This document shows, in pieces, positions 1-9,865 of a DNA stretch of 64,000 bases. This DNA comes from Candidatus Omnitrophota bacterium. GTDB taxonomy: Bacteria > Omnitrophota > Gorgyraeia > Gygaellales > JAQTUX01. The translations under genes were made by a program, and so were the position numbers. Under the pieces are notes generated by a model. The model worked only from the letters and a program-made list of their open reading frames with translations, had not been told where the DNA came from and searched no databases. The DNA lies in assembly GCA_028707125.1 (NCBI GenBank), contig JAQTUX010000001.1:141639-205638 (forward strand), in the 5' to 3' direction. Position 1 is the first letter of the stretch. Each line of letters opens with the position of its first letter.

Positions 1-704
1 TCCGGGATTATCTCTATAATATCATCTTGATCCTGCTGGGTGTTGCCGGTTATATAGCGGGTATTTCGCGCATGTTGATCTGGCGGGTCAGCGGCCCCAG
101 GCATAATCAACACAGAGCTAATTTTCTCGCCCTTTTTTATCTCTCGGCATTGATCTTGATTTCCCTGGCGAATTTCCAGCAGGGGCCCGATTTTATCCCC
201 CTTATTCCCTGGTTATGTTTATACGCGGCGTTTCTGCCGGATGGCCCTTTTGCTTTATTAAGGCGGCGGATAACAGGACGGCTGCTTTACGGCGTTTTTT
301 TATTGTCCGTGGCTATCTCATTATACGGCGCAGTTGGAGAATCTCCCGCCCTGACCCTGCATGATCAGCAGAGCGGCATCCTGGGGCGCCTGGATAGACT
401 GGGCGTGGGCAAGGCAGACGGCATATTTTCTGACAGGGCGTCTATTTATCTGCTGTTTTTCGGCAAGAAAAACATCATTAAATACCATGAGCCATTGGCA
501 ACGCATCTATATAAGGCGATAGAGAGGTTTGAAGCCGGCGGATTTAAGTATATCCTGATGGAAATCAAGATGCGCAGGCCAAAGGCGATCATTGTGCGCG
601 CGACAGAAGCCGATGAAGTATTTCCGAGATTTCGTGAATATATTGAAGCAGATTATGCGCTCGCGGATAGTTATGACGGCAGGATGTTTTATATAAGAAA
701 ATAA
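1..704 (+). CDS. hypothetical protein, 5'-truncated by window edge (frame open to position 1); hydrophobic N-part then soluble C-part
   Basis: ORF track 27..704; reading frame has no stop back to window start; no recognisable motif. Confidence 0.35.
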   Translation, partial: RDYLYNIILILLGVAGYIAGISRMLIWRVSGPRHNQHRANFLALFYLSALILISLANFQQGPDFIPLIPWLCLYAAFLPDGPFALLRRRITGRLLYGVFLLSVAISLYGAVGESPALTLHDQQSGILGRLDRLGVGKADGIFSDRASIYLLFFGKKNIIKYHEPLATHLYKAIERFEAGGFKYILMEIKMRRPKAIIVRATEADEVFPRFREYIEADYALADSYDGRMFYIRK

Positions 705-717
705 ATCCTCTAATAAG

Positions 718-2574
718 ATGAATTTCAGAAGATTAAGAGAAGCCGCTCTCCCGCTGCTTTTGGTCTTATACGCATTTACCAGGGCCGTATTGTGGTTATT
801 CCCAAGCAAACAGGCCGTTTGTTTTTACGACTGGATTTCCCTTATGGGTTATGTGGCCGCCAGGGACATAATGAACGCGGGCCTGCGGGCGCCCCTTTAT
901 ATGTATCAACCCGTGGCTCATATGGGCGGGACATTGGCCAACGGATTTTTTATGATTCCTTTCGCGGCCATATTCAGAAACCCCGCAATTGCGTTGAATG
1001 CGCTATCCTTAATGTGGTCGCTTGCCACGCTGGCGCTTCTTTTCTGTTTTTTAAGGACATTCTTCGGTTATCTCGCGGCAATTTTAGCCTGCGTCTTTTA
1101 TATATTCGCCCCCATGCCCATTTTGCGCTACTCCTTGATTCTCGACGGTACTCATTATCAATCGGTATCCTTGATCCTGGCCGTCGCGTGGTTATTTTAT
1201 AGAATTATTTTTGAACACAGGAACGGCAGCATTGATTTTTGGTGGTTTGGCTTGCTGTGCGGTTTCAGCGCATTTTTTTCATACGGCAACTTCCTGGCGA
1301 TCGCCGTATGCCTGTGTATGTATGCCTTATCGGCAGGGCGGCCCAGGGTGAACTTAAAACAGGCCTCTGTATTTTCGCTGTCGGCCTTGGCGGGATTGAG
1401 CCCTTGGGCCTACTATAATTTTCATAATAATTGGGCGGGGCTGTTAGTTAAGGCCGAGCAGAATACCGGCAGCATGCATTTTCTGGGCGGCATAAGTAGC
1501 CGTTTTCGCCTGTCCGATGTCCTCAGCGCCGATTTTATATACGACGGGTCTTCCGGTGTCGCGGGGGCGCTGCCAGATTCCTTGAGCCGGTTTTTATCAT
1601 TGCTGTACTATATTATACTTGCCGCGGCTTTGTGCTATGCGCTCTTGCGTTGGCGGCGCAGAGGCGCGGGCATGCCTAAAGAGACATTCTTTATTCTTTA
1701 TATATTGCTTTTTACGGTTGCGTTTATATCTTCCTTGTTTCTGTTAAAATGGTCATATATCATATTTATTACGCTGAGCGGCATTGTCTTGGCGGCGCTC
1801 CTGGTCAGGGACCTATGGCTGCAGCGGGGGATATTTTTAAAAGCATCCGGGCATTGCATATTCATTGTTTTGATCGGCGTTGGTATGATATCCATGGGCA
1901 GATGCGTTGCCCGGGACAGGCCAGTTCATGTCCGGATAAAAGAGCCGATGTTGGATAACGCCTTTGTGCAGGCGGTTTCCCGTAATATTGCCTGGGGCTA
2001 TTTAAGGGGCGGCCCTGAATCAGAGGTCGTTAGGCGGTCGGCATACATTGGCGCCCCGTTTAAGCCGCTATTTTACAATCTGCTTGGGTATTATATTTAT
2101 TCCGCCGGTAATGATGTATTCTTGCATTCAGGACCTGATAAGGTTGTCCCCGCCGCGTACGTACCCAATTTTTATGAAGGCATCGGCGCGGGGGCAGTGA
2201 GGCGTTTCGGGATTTTGTCACGCGGCAAGAAAGTTGACCATGCCCTGTTGTCCTTGCTTCCTGGGTTGTTGTCTGCGGCGATTCCGCAAGGTGATTTTAA
2301 GCGCCTTTACCTGGGCGTGGGCGCTTATATAGGGCGGATATGGTCGTATCCCGCGATAGAGATCGACAGGATGGCAGAGTGTATTCCGTCTGAATACAGG
2401 GAATATTTTTTGACCGGTATAGGCAAGGGGTATGCCGCGAAATGCGTCTGTTGTCCATCAGCGTTCTCCCCGGCCGCAAAAAAAGAAGACGCCTTGATCT
2501 ATCAAAAGGGGTTAGAGATGTTCATCAAAGAGAATTACCCTGTTGATAAGGGTATGTCGGTTAACAATGACTAG
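718..2574 (+). CDS. large polytopic membrane protein (>=10 predicted TM helices) with C-terminal soluble domain; possible GT-C fold glycosyltransferase
   Basis: 618 aa ORF, long hydrophobic segments throughout N-terminal 400 aa; sits in glycan-related neighbourhood. Confidence 0.5.
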   Translation: MNFRRLREAALPLLLVLYAFTRAVLWLFPSKQAVCFYDWISLMGYVAARDIMNAGLRAPLYMYQPVAHMGGTLANGFFMIPFAAIFRNPAIALNALSLMWSLATLALLFCFLRTFFGYLAAILACVFYIFAPMPILRYSLILDGTHYQSVSLILAVAWLFYRIIFEHRNGSIDFWWFGLLCGFSAFFSYGNFLAIAVCLCMYALSAGRPRVNLKQASVFSLSALAGLSPWAYYNFHNNWAGLLVKAEQNTGSMHFLGGISSRFRLSDVLSADFIYDGSSGVAGALPDSLSRFLSLLYYIILAAALCYALLRWRRRGAGMPKETFFILYILLFTVAFISSLFLLKWSYIIFITLSGIVLAALLVRDLWLQRGIFLKASGHCIFIVLIGVGMISMGRCVARDRPVHVRIKEPMLDNAFVQAVSRNIAWGYLRGGPESEVVRRSAYIGAPFKPLFYNLLGYYIYSAGNDVFLHSGPDKVVPAAYVPNFYEGIGAGAVRRFGILSRGKKVDHALLSLLPGLLSAAIPQGDFKRLYLGVGAYIGRIWSYPAIEIDRMAECIPSEYREYFLTGIGKGYAAKCVCCPSAFSPAAKKEDALIYQKGLEMFIKENYPVDKGMSVNND

Positions 2575-5242
2575 AAAAAACAGGTTATTTTCGGGGATTA
2601 CGGCAGCTGTGTTTGTCCCGCCTTTAATATTATGGTTATTATATTTTACCTTAGGCCATAAGGCAGTGGACGTTGTATACGGGGGGCAAGGCCCTGCCTG
2701 GGCGAGGAATTTGATCATTGACCATGATCTGCATCCTCCCGAGTACTACTATGCCCTGGCCGACGATGAGATGCTCAAGATTATCGCCCTTGCTTTTTGC
2801 GCGCTGTTTTTTATCTGGCTCATCTGTGCCTTTATTTTACATCGCAAGGTGTTTATTGTGACAGGCCTTACAGGGTTAGCCGTTTTACTCCGGCTTAATT
2901 TTACCCTGGACAGGGGGGGTGACTACCGCGATTTCGCGCTTCGACTGGAGCAAAAATCAGCAAGGTCAGGGGATATAGTGAAGCGTGCCCGGGCTTTTAA
3001 TGAACAGGGTATTCTGCGGGCATTGGCAGACAGCCGGCGAGGCGGATTCTGCTTTCGGTTTGATGAGCGTTTATATGAAGCCGATGTTGATACGCGATAT
3101 AAGCCCTTGGATACAGGGGAACATTGCGTTAGATTTGATTTTGAGGATGAGGAAGGGGTGTTCAGTGTCCGCGATGGCAATCTTTCCGTTGTAAATGGCG
3201 CGCTGTTGCTGGAAAATAAGGGAGAGGTTTTGTTGGCAAATCAAAAGCCGTTAGATATTGATCCCCGTAACCTGGGAGAAGTTGTAATACGGATGAAAAC
3301 GGAAAATTCCAGGAATTTCCTGGTGTACTGGTCTGGCGTAGAGGCCAAGACAAGGGATAAGTTATCAAGGAATATAACGCTTATCCCGGACGGGCAATTT
3401 CATACCTACAGGATCAATGCGCAGACCGATATACTGCCGAGCATGGGTTCCGGGGAGAAGATTAAGAATATATTTTTGAAATTCCCCGCGCCGCATAAAG
3501 AATCTATCCTTATTGATTATATTTATTTTTTGGATAAACAGTCCCATTATAATAATGCCTGCGGCGTTACTTATATACAGATAGGGAATCAAATGAGGCC
3601 CGCCGTATACATGCATCCTTTGAGTGAATTAAAATATTCTTTAACGTTACCAGAAGAGCGTGTTGTATTGTCATTCGGCTTGGGGGTATTACAGGGGGAG
3701 TCACCCGTGGATTTTGCCATCAAGGTTAAGGATGAGGAGAATATCGCGGAGATCTTTTCAACGCGGGCCGCCAATGTTGACGCCTGGGGCGATTATTCGC
3801 TTGATCTGAGCGCCTGGAGGGGCAAGCCCGTAGAGGTTAGTTTTATTACAGGGGATAATGATGAGAATGTCTTATTTTTGAGCAGCCCGGCATTATTGAG
3901 CAGCCCGGCGAATAAATTGAATGTAATCATCTTTCTTGAGGACGCGTTAAGGGCAGACCATTTATCTTGTTACGGGTATGCGCGCGATACCTCGCCTTTT
4001 CTGAGCGAGTTTTCCGGTGCGGGCGCGATATTTCTTAATGCGTTTTCTCAGGCTCCTAACACAAGGGCTTCCTGCGCCAGCCTGATGACCTCGCTATATC
4101 CTTCTGCTACGGGCGCCTGGTATTTCCCTTTGGACAACGCCTATTTGACCCTGCCGGAGATCATGCGGGCGGGCGGTTTTGTCACGGCCTCATTTTCACA
4201 AAGCCCCAAGGCCGGGCCGTATGGCGGGTTGCATCAGGGGTTTGATTATATGTTTGAGATACAAAGGCAGGGCGCGGGAGAAGAGGGATTTTATAATGAT
4301 CTCTACCGTTGGATCGCGGATAATAGAGACAGCAATTTTTTCCTCTATGTGCATCTTTTGGACCCTCACAGCCCTTACGATGCTCCCGAACCTTTTCGGG
4401 ATTGGTATGAGCAGGATGCCCGGACGGGCGAGCCGGTTGATATGTGCGACATTTATGACCCCCCATGGGTCCAACGGGCTACGAAGGAAGGGAGGATAGC
4501 GCTTTATGACGGCGAGATCAGGCATAATGACGACATATTCCGAAGGTTCATTGAAGACCTGGCGCAGTTAAATCTACTGGACGATTCTTTGATCATATTT
4601 ATGTCTGACCATGGGGAGTTTTTTGGCGAACATGGCCAATGGCATCATCATCCCCCTTTATATAAAGAGGTGCTTCACATACCCTTGATCATGGCGTATC
4701 CCAAGGGCATCGCCGCCGGTAAAAGGATATATGACAATGTACAGATCGTTGATATTATGCCGACCATTCTGGATATGGCCGGCATAGAAAGAGAAGGGCT
4801 GTTGCTTTATGGCGAGTCATTGCTTCCGTTGCTTGCCGCTCCATCTGCGCAACACGTCCGGATGGGGATATCCTACGCGGATGAGGTATCTTCAAAGATA
4901 GACAGCGAAATTGCAAGGGATGCTTCAGGAGGCCTGTTCTATGGAGCGCACCACATTTTATCTTCTTCGTTGTTCCAGCCGCTTAAGGCCAAGTTGATCC
5001 GCCTGCCGCTTGATGTATTTTGGACAAAGATATTTGATTTAAACCATAATCCGTCGGAAAACGCGCCATTAATGTCCTATTTCTCAGATTTGATATTGAA
5101 GTTCAAATTCGCGCGGTTTGTGTCGACTATCAAAAGTAATAATGTAGAGATCAAGAACAATATAATCAAGGGCAACTTTACGGAAAACATTTATGACGAA
5201 GATTTGTCCCGTCAATTACGAAGCCTTGGTTATACGCAGTGA
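2567..5242 (+). CDS. membrane-anchored sulfatase-family (alkaline phosphatase superfamily, PF00884-like) hydrolase/transferase; no canonical C/S-x-P-x-R FGly motif, so probably LtaS/EptA-like phospho-substituent transferase, not a sulfatase
   Basis: N-terminal TM helices; C-terminal half has sulfatase metal-site motifs (NVIIFLEDALRADHLSCYGY ... FMSDHGEFFGEHGQWHH); at the expected FGly position the sequence is APNTRASCA; likely start ATG overlapping the upstream stop (ATG at 2567). Confidence 0.65.
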   Translation: MTRKNRLFSGITAAVFVPPLILWLLYFTLGHKAVDVVYGGQGPAWARNLIIDHDLHPPEYYYALADDEMLKIIALAFCALFFIWLICAFILHRKVFIVTGLTGLAVLLRLNFTLDRGGDYRDFALRLEQKSARSGDIVKRARAFNEQGILRALADSRRGGFCFRFDERLYEADVDTRYKPLDTGEHCVRFDFEDEEGVFSVRDGNLSVVNGALLLENKGEVLLANQKPLDIDPRNLGEVVIRMKTENSRNFLVYWSGVEAKTRDKLSRNITLIPDGQFHTYRINAQTDILPSMGSGEKIKNIFLKFPAPHKESILIDYIYFLDKQSHYNNACGVTYIQIGNQMRPAVYMHPLSELKYSLTLPEERVVLSFGLGVLQGESPVDFAIKVKDEENIAEIFSTRAANVDAWGDYSLDLSAWRGKPVEVSFITGDNDENVLFLSSPALLSSPANKLNVIIFLEDALRADHLSCYGYARDTSPFLSEFSGAGAIFLNAFSQAPNTRASCASLMTSLYPSATGAWYFPLDNAYLTLPEIMRAGGFVTASFSQSPKAGPYGGLHQGFDYMFEIQRQGAGEEGFYNDLYRWIADNRDSNFFLYVHLLDPHSPYDAPEPFRDWYEQDARTGEPVDMCDIYDPPWVQRATKEGRIALYDGEIRHNDDIFRRFIEDLAQLNLLDDSLIIFMSDHGEFFGEHGQWHHHPPLYKEVLHIPLIMAYPKGIAAGKRIYDNVQIVDIMPTILDMAGIEREGLLLYGESLLPLLAAPSAQHVRMGISYADEVSSKIDSEIARDASGGLFYGAHHILSSSLFQPLKAKLIRLPLDVFWTKIFDLNHNPSENAPLMSYFSDLILKFKFARFVSTIKSNNVEIKNNIIKGNFTENIYDEDLSRQLRSLGYTQ

Positions 5243-5258
5243 TTAAATCATTTTATAG

Positions 5259-7280
5259 ATGAAAATTTTATTGTTGTTCCCTCCTCAGGCTGATATCACA
5301 CATCCCTATTTAGCCCTGCCGGCGCTTTCCGCCTATTTAAAACAACAGGGGTTCGACAACGTCATCCAGAGGGACCTTAATATTGAGTTCCATAATAAAA
5401 TATTGACCAGAGAAAGGCTGCTCAGGGCCTTTAATGTCGTATCTGATGAATTTGAGAGATTGCAGAAAAAGCGGTCACTCACCCCCGCGGAGATATTTCG
5501 ATATTTCAGGCTGATGCCCGTAAAATTCGCCCCTTATATCATGAATAATCTGGAGTGGGCGATTGATACGGTGAGAGACAAATATGCATTCCCCAGATAT
5601 TGGCCGAATGCCTTAAGGATCATTGAAGAAGCGTTGATGCTGGTTTCTAACGAATATTTTCCCAGCCGGCTGGCGTTCAGGGATTACCTGTCCGGATATT
5701 CACGGGTTTCTACCGAAGAGATCATGAAGGCGTCTTATGATGCGGGCAGCAATATGTTTTATGACTTCTTTCAAGAGTGCGCAGTGCCCTCAATTATCAG
5801 GGAATCTCCCGGCTTGATAGGCATATCCGTAACTTACGACAGCCAGATAATACCCGCATTCACGCTTGCCCGCATGATTAAGGAAAAGATGGGCCATGCG
5901 CATATTACAATAGGAGGCAGGGTTTTTACGTATCTGCAAAATGAGATATCGCGCGATGAAAGGTTATTCGCATTTATTGATAGTTTTATTATCTTTGAGG
6001 GCGAGCGGCCTTTGTGCGAACTCGCGAATCAGCTGGGAAAAGGGGGGGCGCTGGGGGATGTGCCCAATCTTATATTTATGTCAAAGGGCAAGGCCCGATC
6101 TACCGTAGAGGCGCCTGATTCCGCGCCCCTTGATTTGGATGCGTTACCCACGCCGGATTTTTCAGGCATACCCCTGGATCGTTTTTTCGCGCCCGGCATA
6201 GTCCTGCCTCTGCAGACATCGCGCGGATGCTATTGGGGCAGGTGCGCCTTTTGTGACCGCGGTTATTTTTACGGCAGGCCGGCCAGGCAGAGGAGCGTTG
6301 AAAAGATATGTGATGATATCCAGGTACTTTCCGGAAGGTATAATGCCCGGCATTTCTATTTCTCTAACGAGGCAGAGGCACCTCAGAGGCTGGGGGATTT
6401 GGCCGTTTTGCTGATAGGCCGCGGCTTGAAGATCTGTTGGGGCAGTGACGCGCGCCTCGAGCCAGGTTTTACGCGGCAGGTCTGCGGTCTGCTGGCTGAA
6501 TCAGGGTGCCATTCTTTATACATGGGGCTTGAATCAGGCAGCCAGCGCCTGCTGGACAGGATGGACAAAGGCATTATCATACAAGAGGCCGAACAGGTTA
6601 TCCGGAATGTCTACCGCTCGGGCATCTTTGTCTATCTGTTTAATTTTCAGGGATTTCCCACAGAGACGATAGAAGACATAAAACATGGCACGCACGATTT
6701 TATACAAAAGAATACCGATTGGATTGATTATCTTTCGGGCGGCCTTTTCCATCTGCGCAGGGCCAGTCCTGTATGGAAAGACCCCGGGCAATACGGCGTC
6801 CGTTTAAACGGCACAGGTATCAATTTTGACCTGGCGGTTGATTTTGAATATGAAGTAGAATCAGGCCTGGAGATGCGCGAGGCAGAGGGCATTGTCCGCC
6901 TCTGGGAAGAGCAGGGCGCGCCTGAAAAATTTCGGCATATGGTCTATACGGCCAAGCCGCTGCTGTTTTTTCTAAACAGGGATTCCTTCCACAGGATAAA
7001 ATACAATGATAACACATGCATGCGGGAGGGCGGTGTTCCCCGTGTATCTGAGGCGCTGACCATGGAAGCGCGTTTATCACCGGAACAATATGGGCATATC
7101 CGCCAAATATACCAGTTGAAATTGATGCGGCTTTCCTGGGTTCAGGGTAAAATGCCCGTAGATGACATCGTAAGTGGTTTAAACATCGGCCAGGAGGAGC
7201 GGGGCACGTTTGTATTTGATGAAGAGGCGGTAGCCTGGGTGGGGATGCCTAATGAAGCCGGAGCGCGGAAGAATAGATAG
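5259..7280 (+). CDS. B12-binding-domain radical SAM protein (class B rSAM) with ~150 aa uncharacterised C-terminal extension
   Basis: CxxxCxxC radical-SAM cluster motif (CYWGRCAFCD) about 320 aa in; N-terminal region with Rossmann-like B12-binding-domain character (GISVTYDSQ ... ITIGGRV). Confidence 0.8.
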   Translation: MKILLLFPPQADITHPYLALPALSAYLKQQGFDNVIQRDLNIEFHNKILTRERLLRAFNVVSDEFERLQKKRSLTPAEIFRYFRLMPVKFAPYIMNNLEWAIDTVRDKYAFPRYWPNALRIIEEALMLVSNEYFPSRLAFRDYLSGYSRVSTEEIMKASYDAGSNMFYDFFQECAVPSIIRESPGLIGISVTYDSQIIPAFTLARMIKEKMGHAHITIGGRVFTYLQNEISRDERLFAFIDSFIIFEGERPLCELANQLGKGGALGDVPNLIFMSKGKARSTVEAPDSAPLDLDALPTPDFSGIPLDRFFAPGIVLPLQTSRGCYWGRCAFCDRGYFYGRPARQRSVEKICDDIQVLSGRYNARHFYFSNEAEAPQRLGDLAVLLIGRGLKICWGSDARLEPGFTRQVCGLLAESGCHSLYMGLESGSQRLLDRMDKGIIIQEAEQVIRNVYRSGIFVYLFNFQGFPTETIEDIKHGTHDFIQKNTDWIDYLSGGLFHLRRASPVWKDPGQYGVRLNGTGINFDLAVDFEYEVESGLEMREAEGIVRLWEEQGAPEKFRHMVYTAKPLLFFLNRDSFHRIKYNDNTCMREGGVPRVSEALTMEARLSPEQYGHIRQIYQLKLMRLSWVQGKMPVDDIVSGLNIGQEERGTFVFDEEAVAWVGMPNEAGARKNR

Positions 7281-8247
7281 GGGCAGCGGGCTCAAAGTAA
7301 ATATTGTCCTGGGCGCCCACTATAATTGGGTGTTTAAAAAAATAGTGGGCAAGATCCGGGAGATGTCGCGCTGCGATATTTTGATCTCTCCGGAGCCAAG
7401 ACGGGGCGCGGATGTGTACCATTATTTTTGTCCGCAGCCGGCACAGCAGTTTCGTTATAAATTAAAGCGATCCATTATAACCGTTCATCATTTTGCGGAT
7501 TATGAGAATGACCATTTTGTGGCAAGGCCGCCTATCAAAAACTGGGCTGATCCCGTTATCTGGGAGTGGAGCCGTTCTTTCAATGCCCGGAAAGACATAT
7601 TAGAACAGTGCTCTGTCATCGTTTGCGTGGCAAAGAGATACAGGGGCTTTTTACAAAAGCAATTTCCCGATAAGATGATCGCGTATATACCTAATGCGGT
7701 AGACGATGTCTTTTTCCGTCTTAAACCCGTAGCTCATAAAGGTTTTACCGTAGGCATTGTAGGCAGGAATTATGCCTCCGGTCGTAAAGGCAACGAACTA
7801 CGCAGGAGGATAATGCGCGGTTTTCCTGCCCGGTATATTTTTGTCGGTGAGAGATGGGAGCCGGAAGTGCTTTGGGCCGGACAGCACTTTATTATTGCAG
7901 AGGCCCATGATATGCCGGGCGTTAAATACCGGCGATTATTCAGTAAATTAGATGCCTTGCTTGTTACCTCAAAAGATGAAGGCGGACCCGTCCCTATGCT
8001 TGAGGCCATGGCTGTGGGGATACCGGTCATCAGCACGGATGCGGGGATGTCTTCCGAGATTATAAAGGACGGAATTAACGGGTATGTTGTTAAAGGGCGC
8101 ATTTCAGCAATTAAGGCATTGAATGCCGCAAAGAAAAAATCTTGGGATCGGCGGACCATCCGTTCTTATGTCCGTGATCTTACCTGGGATAATTTAGTCG
8201 GAAGATACGACGAGGTATATTCCTGCATAAAAAAGGCACGCAAATAA
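7252..8247 (+). CDS. glycosyltransferase family 1 (GT-B fold)
   Basis: C-terminal GT1 signature EGGPVPMLEAMAVGIPVISTDAGMSSEIIKDGINGYVV. Confidence 0.8.
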   Translation: MKPERGRIDRGSGLKVNIVLGAHYNWVFKKIVGKIREMSRCDILISPEPRRGADVYHYFCPQPAQQFRYKLKRSIITVHHFADYENDHFVARPPIKNWADPVIWEWSRSFNARKDILEQCSVIVCVAKRYRGFLQKQFPDKMIAYIPNAVDDVFFRLKPVAHKGFTVGIVGRNYASGRKGNELRRRIMRGFPARYIFVGERWEPEVLWAGQHFIIAEAHDMPGVKYRRLFSKLDALLVTSKDEGGPVPMLEAMAVGIPVISTDAGMSSEIIKDGINGYVVKGRISAIKALNAAKKKSWDRRTIRSYVRDLTWDNLVGRYDEVYSCIKKARK

Positions 8248-8248
8248 G

Positions 8249-9865
8249 ATGGGGATTTTTATTACGGCCTCAAAGACAGGGCAGAAGCACATGCTTAAAG
8301 AGGGCGCCAGGCGGCTTATCCTGATGCTTTGCCGCAACAGGGCGGCATTCTCACTGTTCTGCGGTATATATAAATTGTCTTTATATATGTTTACGATATG
8401 TATCAGGCGCTTTTGTCCCGGCTGCTCAATATACCTGAAGTCAGGGATGGCCAAAGATGAAATATATCCCGGAAGCAGCGATATCGATATTACGGTAGTA
8501 ATCCAGGATGCCCCTGTTGAGCAAAAGGTGTCCAAGATGAGGGGGGTCGTTAGAATATTCCGTTTCTTTAAGGCGGCATTCTTCATATTTAGCGACATGC
8601 ACGTTTTTACAGAGACCGAGATCAATACTTACATTGTATCCGGCTATGGCACGGAGGAATACGGCAAGAACATAACGCCTTGGAGGTTGATCGCAGGCAA
8701 AGACCGGGTGGATTTCCAGATGATAGACAGATGCGATTTTAAGCAACCGTTTATTTTTTTAAGGCCCATCGCTATCTATGCGGATGTTTTATTAAGGGAA
8801 TATTTCTGCGGGCGGGATGGCCAGAGGTATTTTTACCGGGACATTTATAAATCCCTTTTAACTATTTATAAATATAGCCTTTTCCTGAAGGGGCATACTA
8901 CTACTACGTTCCAGAGCTATAGGCAGATACGGATATCCGCGCAAAGATTTTACGGCGAAGATAAGAGGATCAGGGATGTATTAAGTAAGCTTGCCGCGCT
9001 GGAAAGACAGGGGTTTTTTGGGAGGTTTGACAGCGTTTTCGCCGAGGAGGTGATCACCCTGTTTTTGTTAGAGTGCGATAGTTTATTTGCGTTGCTCGAT
9101 GGGCACCGCCGTATAAGGACAGAAGAGGCGATGGTCCAAAGCACAGGCATATGTCTTCAGGATGAACCGCCTCCCGCGCTATTTAGCGACAGTGAATTGT
9201 TCCAGTATTTGAGTGGCTGCGACGGTGTAGCGCTGTTAGATAATGCTCATACCGGCCGCTATGTGATAATGGCGGTGGCGGCCCTGGCAGGGCAGGAGCA
9301 GAGATTCAGAAAGAATCTTAAAAATATCCGCGACCTGTACACTGAATATATGCCCCGCCATGATTCTCTTGATGGGTATCCTCTTATATTTGATATTAAC
9401 TCCGTAAAGATATTTATGAGCATTAATCCCGACCTGTATTTTTCCTTAATGCGCAGCAATAAAATCTATCCGGGAACGGCGCAACTTAAAAAGATGCTTA
9501 TAGAGGCGGAGGGATTGGTAAGGGGTTCTATCGTCAACAAGATACCGCATTGGTTTTGCAGGTCTTTTATCGCCTTCAGGGAAGGCGACCTGTCGTACCT
9601 GAAACGTAATATTAATACCATAATCAGAATGGCGTTGTTTATGAAATATGGGATGTATATAGAAAAAGACGAGGAATTATTGTTCTGGTCAGACAGCAAG
9701 TTCGCGGCCTTCTCCGATTACTACCGTAAGATTGTTTCTATCGATTGTTCCAACGTAAGCAGCGCGATTTATAAAAGGGCGATGCGGGATGCGATGGGAC
9801 TATACTATCGTATGCTGCCGTATCTTGAACAGGAATTATATGATACTAAGGCTTTACGTGCTTAA
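8249..9865 (+). CDS. nucleotidyltransferase-domain (Pol-beta superfamily) protein fused to ~400 aa uncharacterised C-terminal region
   Basis: GSSDIDITVVI motif (GS ... DxD minimal NTase signature) near the N-terminus; true start may be internal (M at ~8291 or ~8447). Confidence 0.5.
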   Translation: MGIFITASKTGQKHMLKEGARRLILMLCRNRAAFSLFCGIYKLSLYMFTICIRRFCPGCSIYLKSGMAKDEIYPGSSDIDITVVIQDAPVEQKVSKMRGVVRIFRFFKAAFFIFSDMHVFTETEINTYIVSGYGTEEYGKNITPWRLIAGKDRVDFQMIDRCDFKQPFIFLRPIAIYADVLLREYFCGRDGQRYFYRDIYKSLLTIYKYSLFLKGHTTTTFQSYRQIRISAQRFYGEDKRIRDVLSKLAALERQGFFGRFDSVFAEEVITLFLLECDSLFALLDGHRRIRTEEAMVQSTGICLQDEPPPALFSDSELFQYLSGCDGVALLDNAHTGRYVIMAVAALAGQEQRFRKNLKNIRDLYTEYMPRHDSLDGYPLIFDINSVKIFMSINPDLYFSLMRSNKIYPGTAQLKKMLIEAEGLVRGSIVNKIPHWFCRSFIAFREGDLSYLKRNINTIIRMALFMKYGMYIEKDEELLFWSDSKFAAFSDYYRKIVSIDCSNVSSAIYKRAMRDAMGLYYRMLPYLEQELYDTKALRA

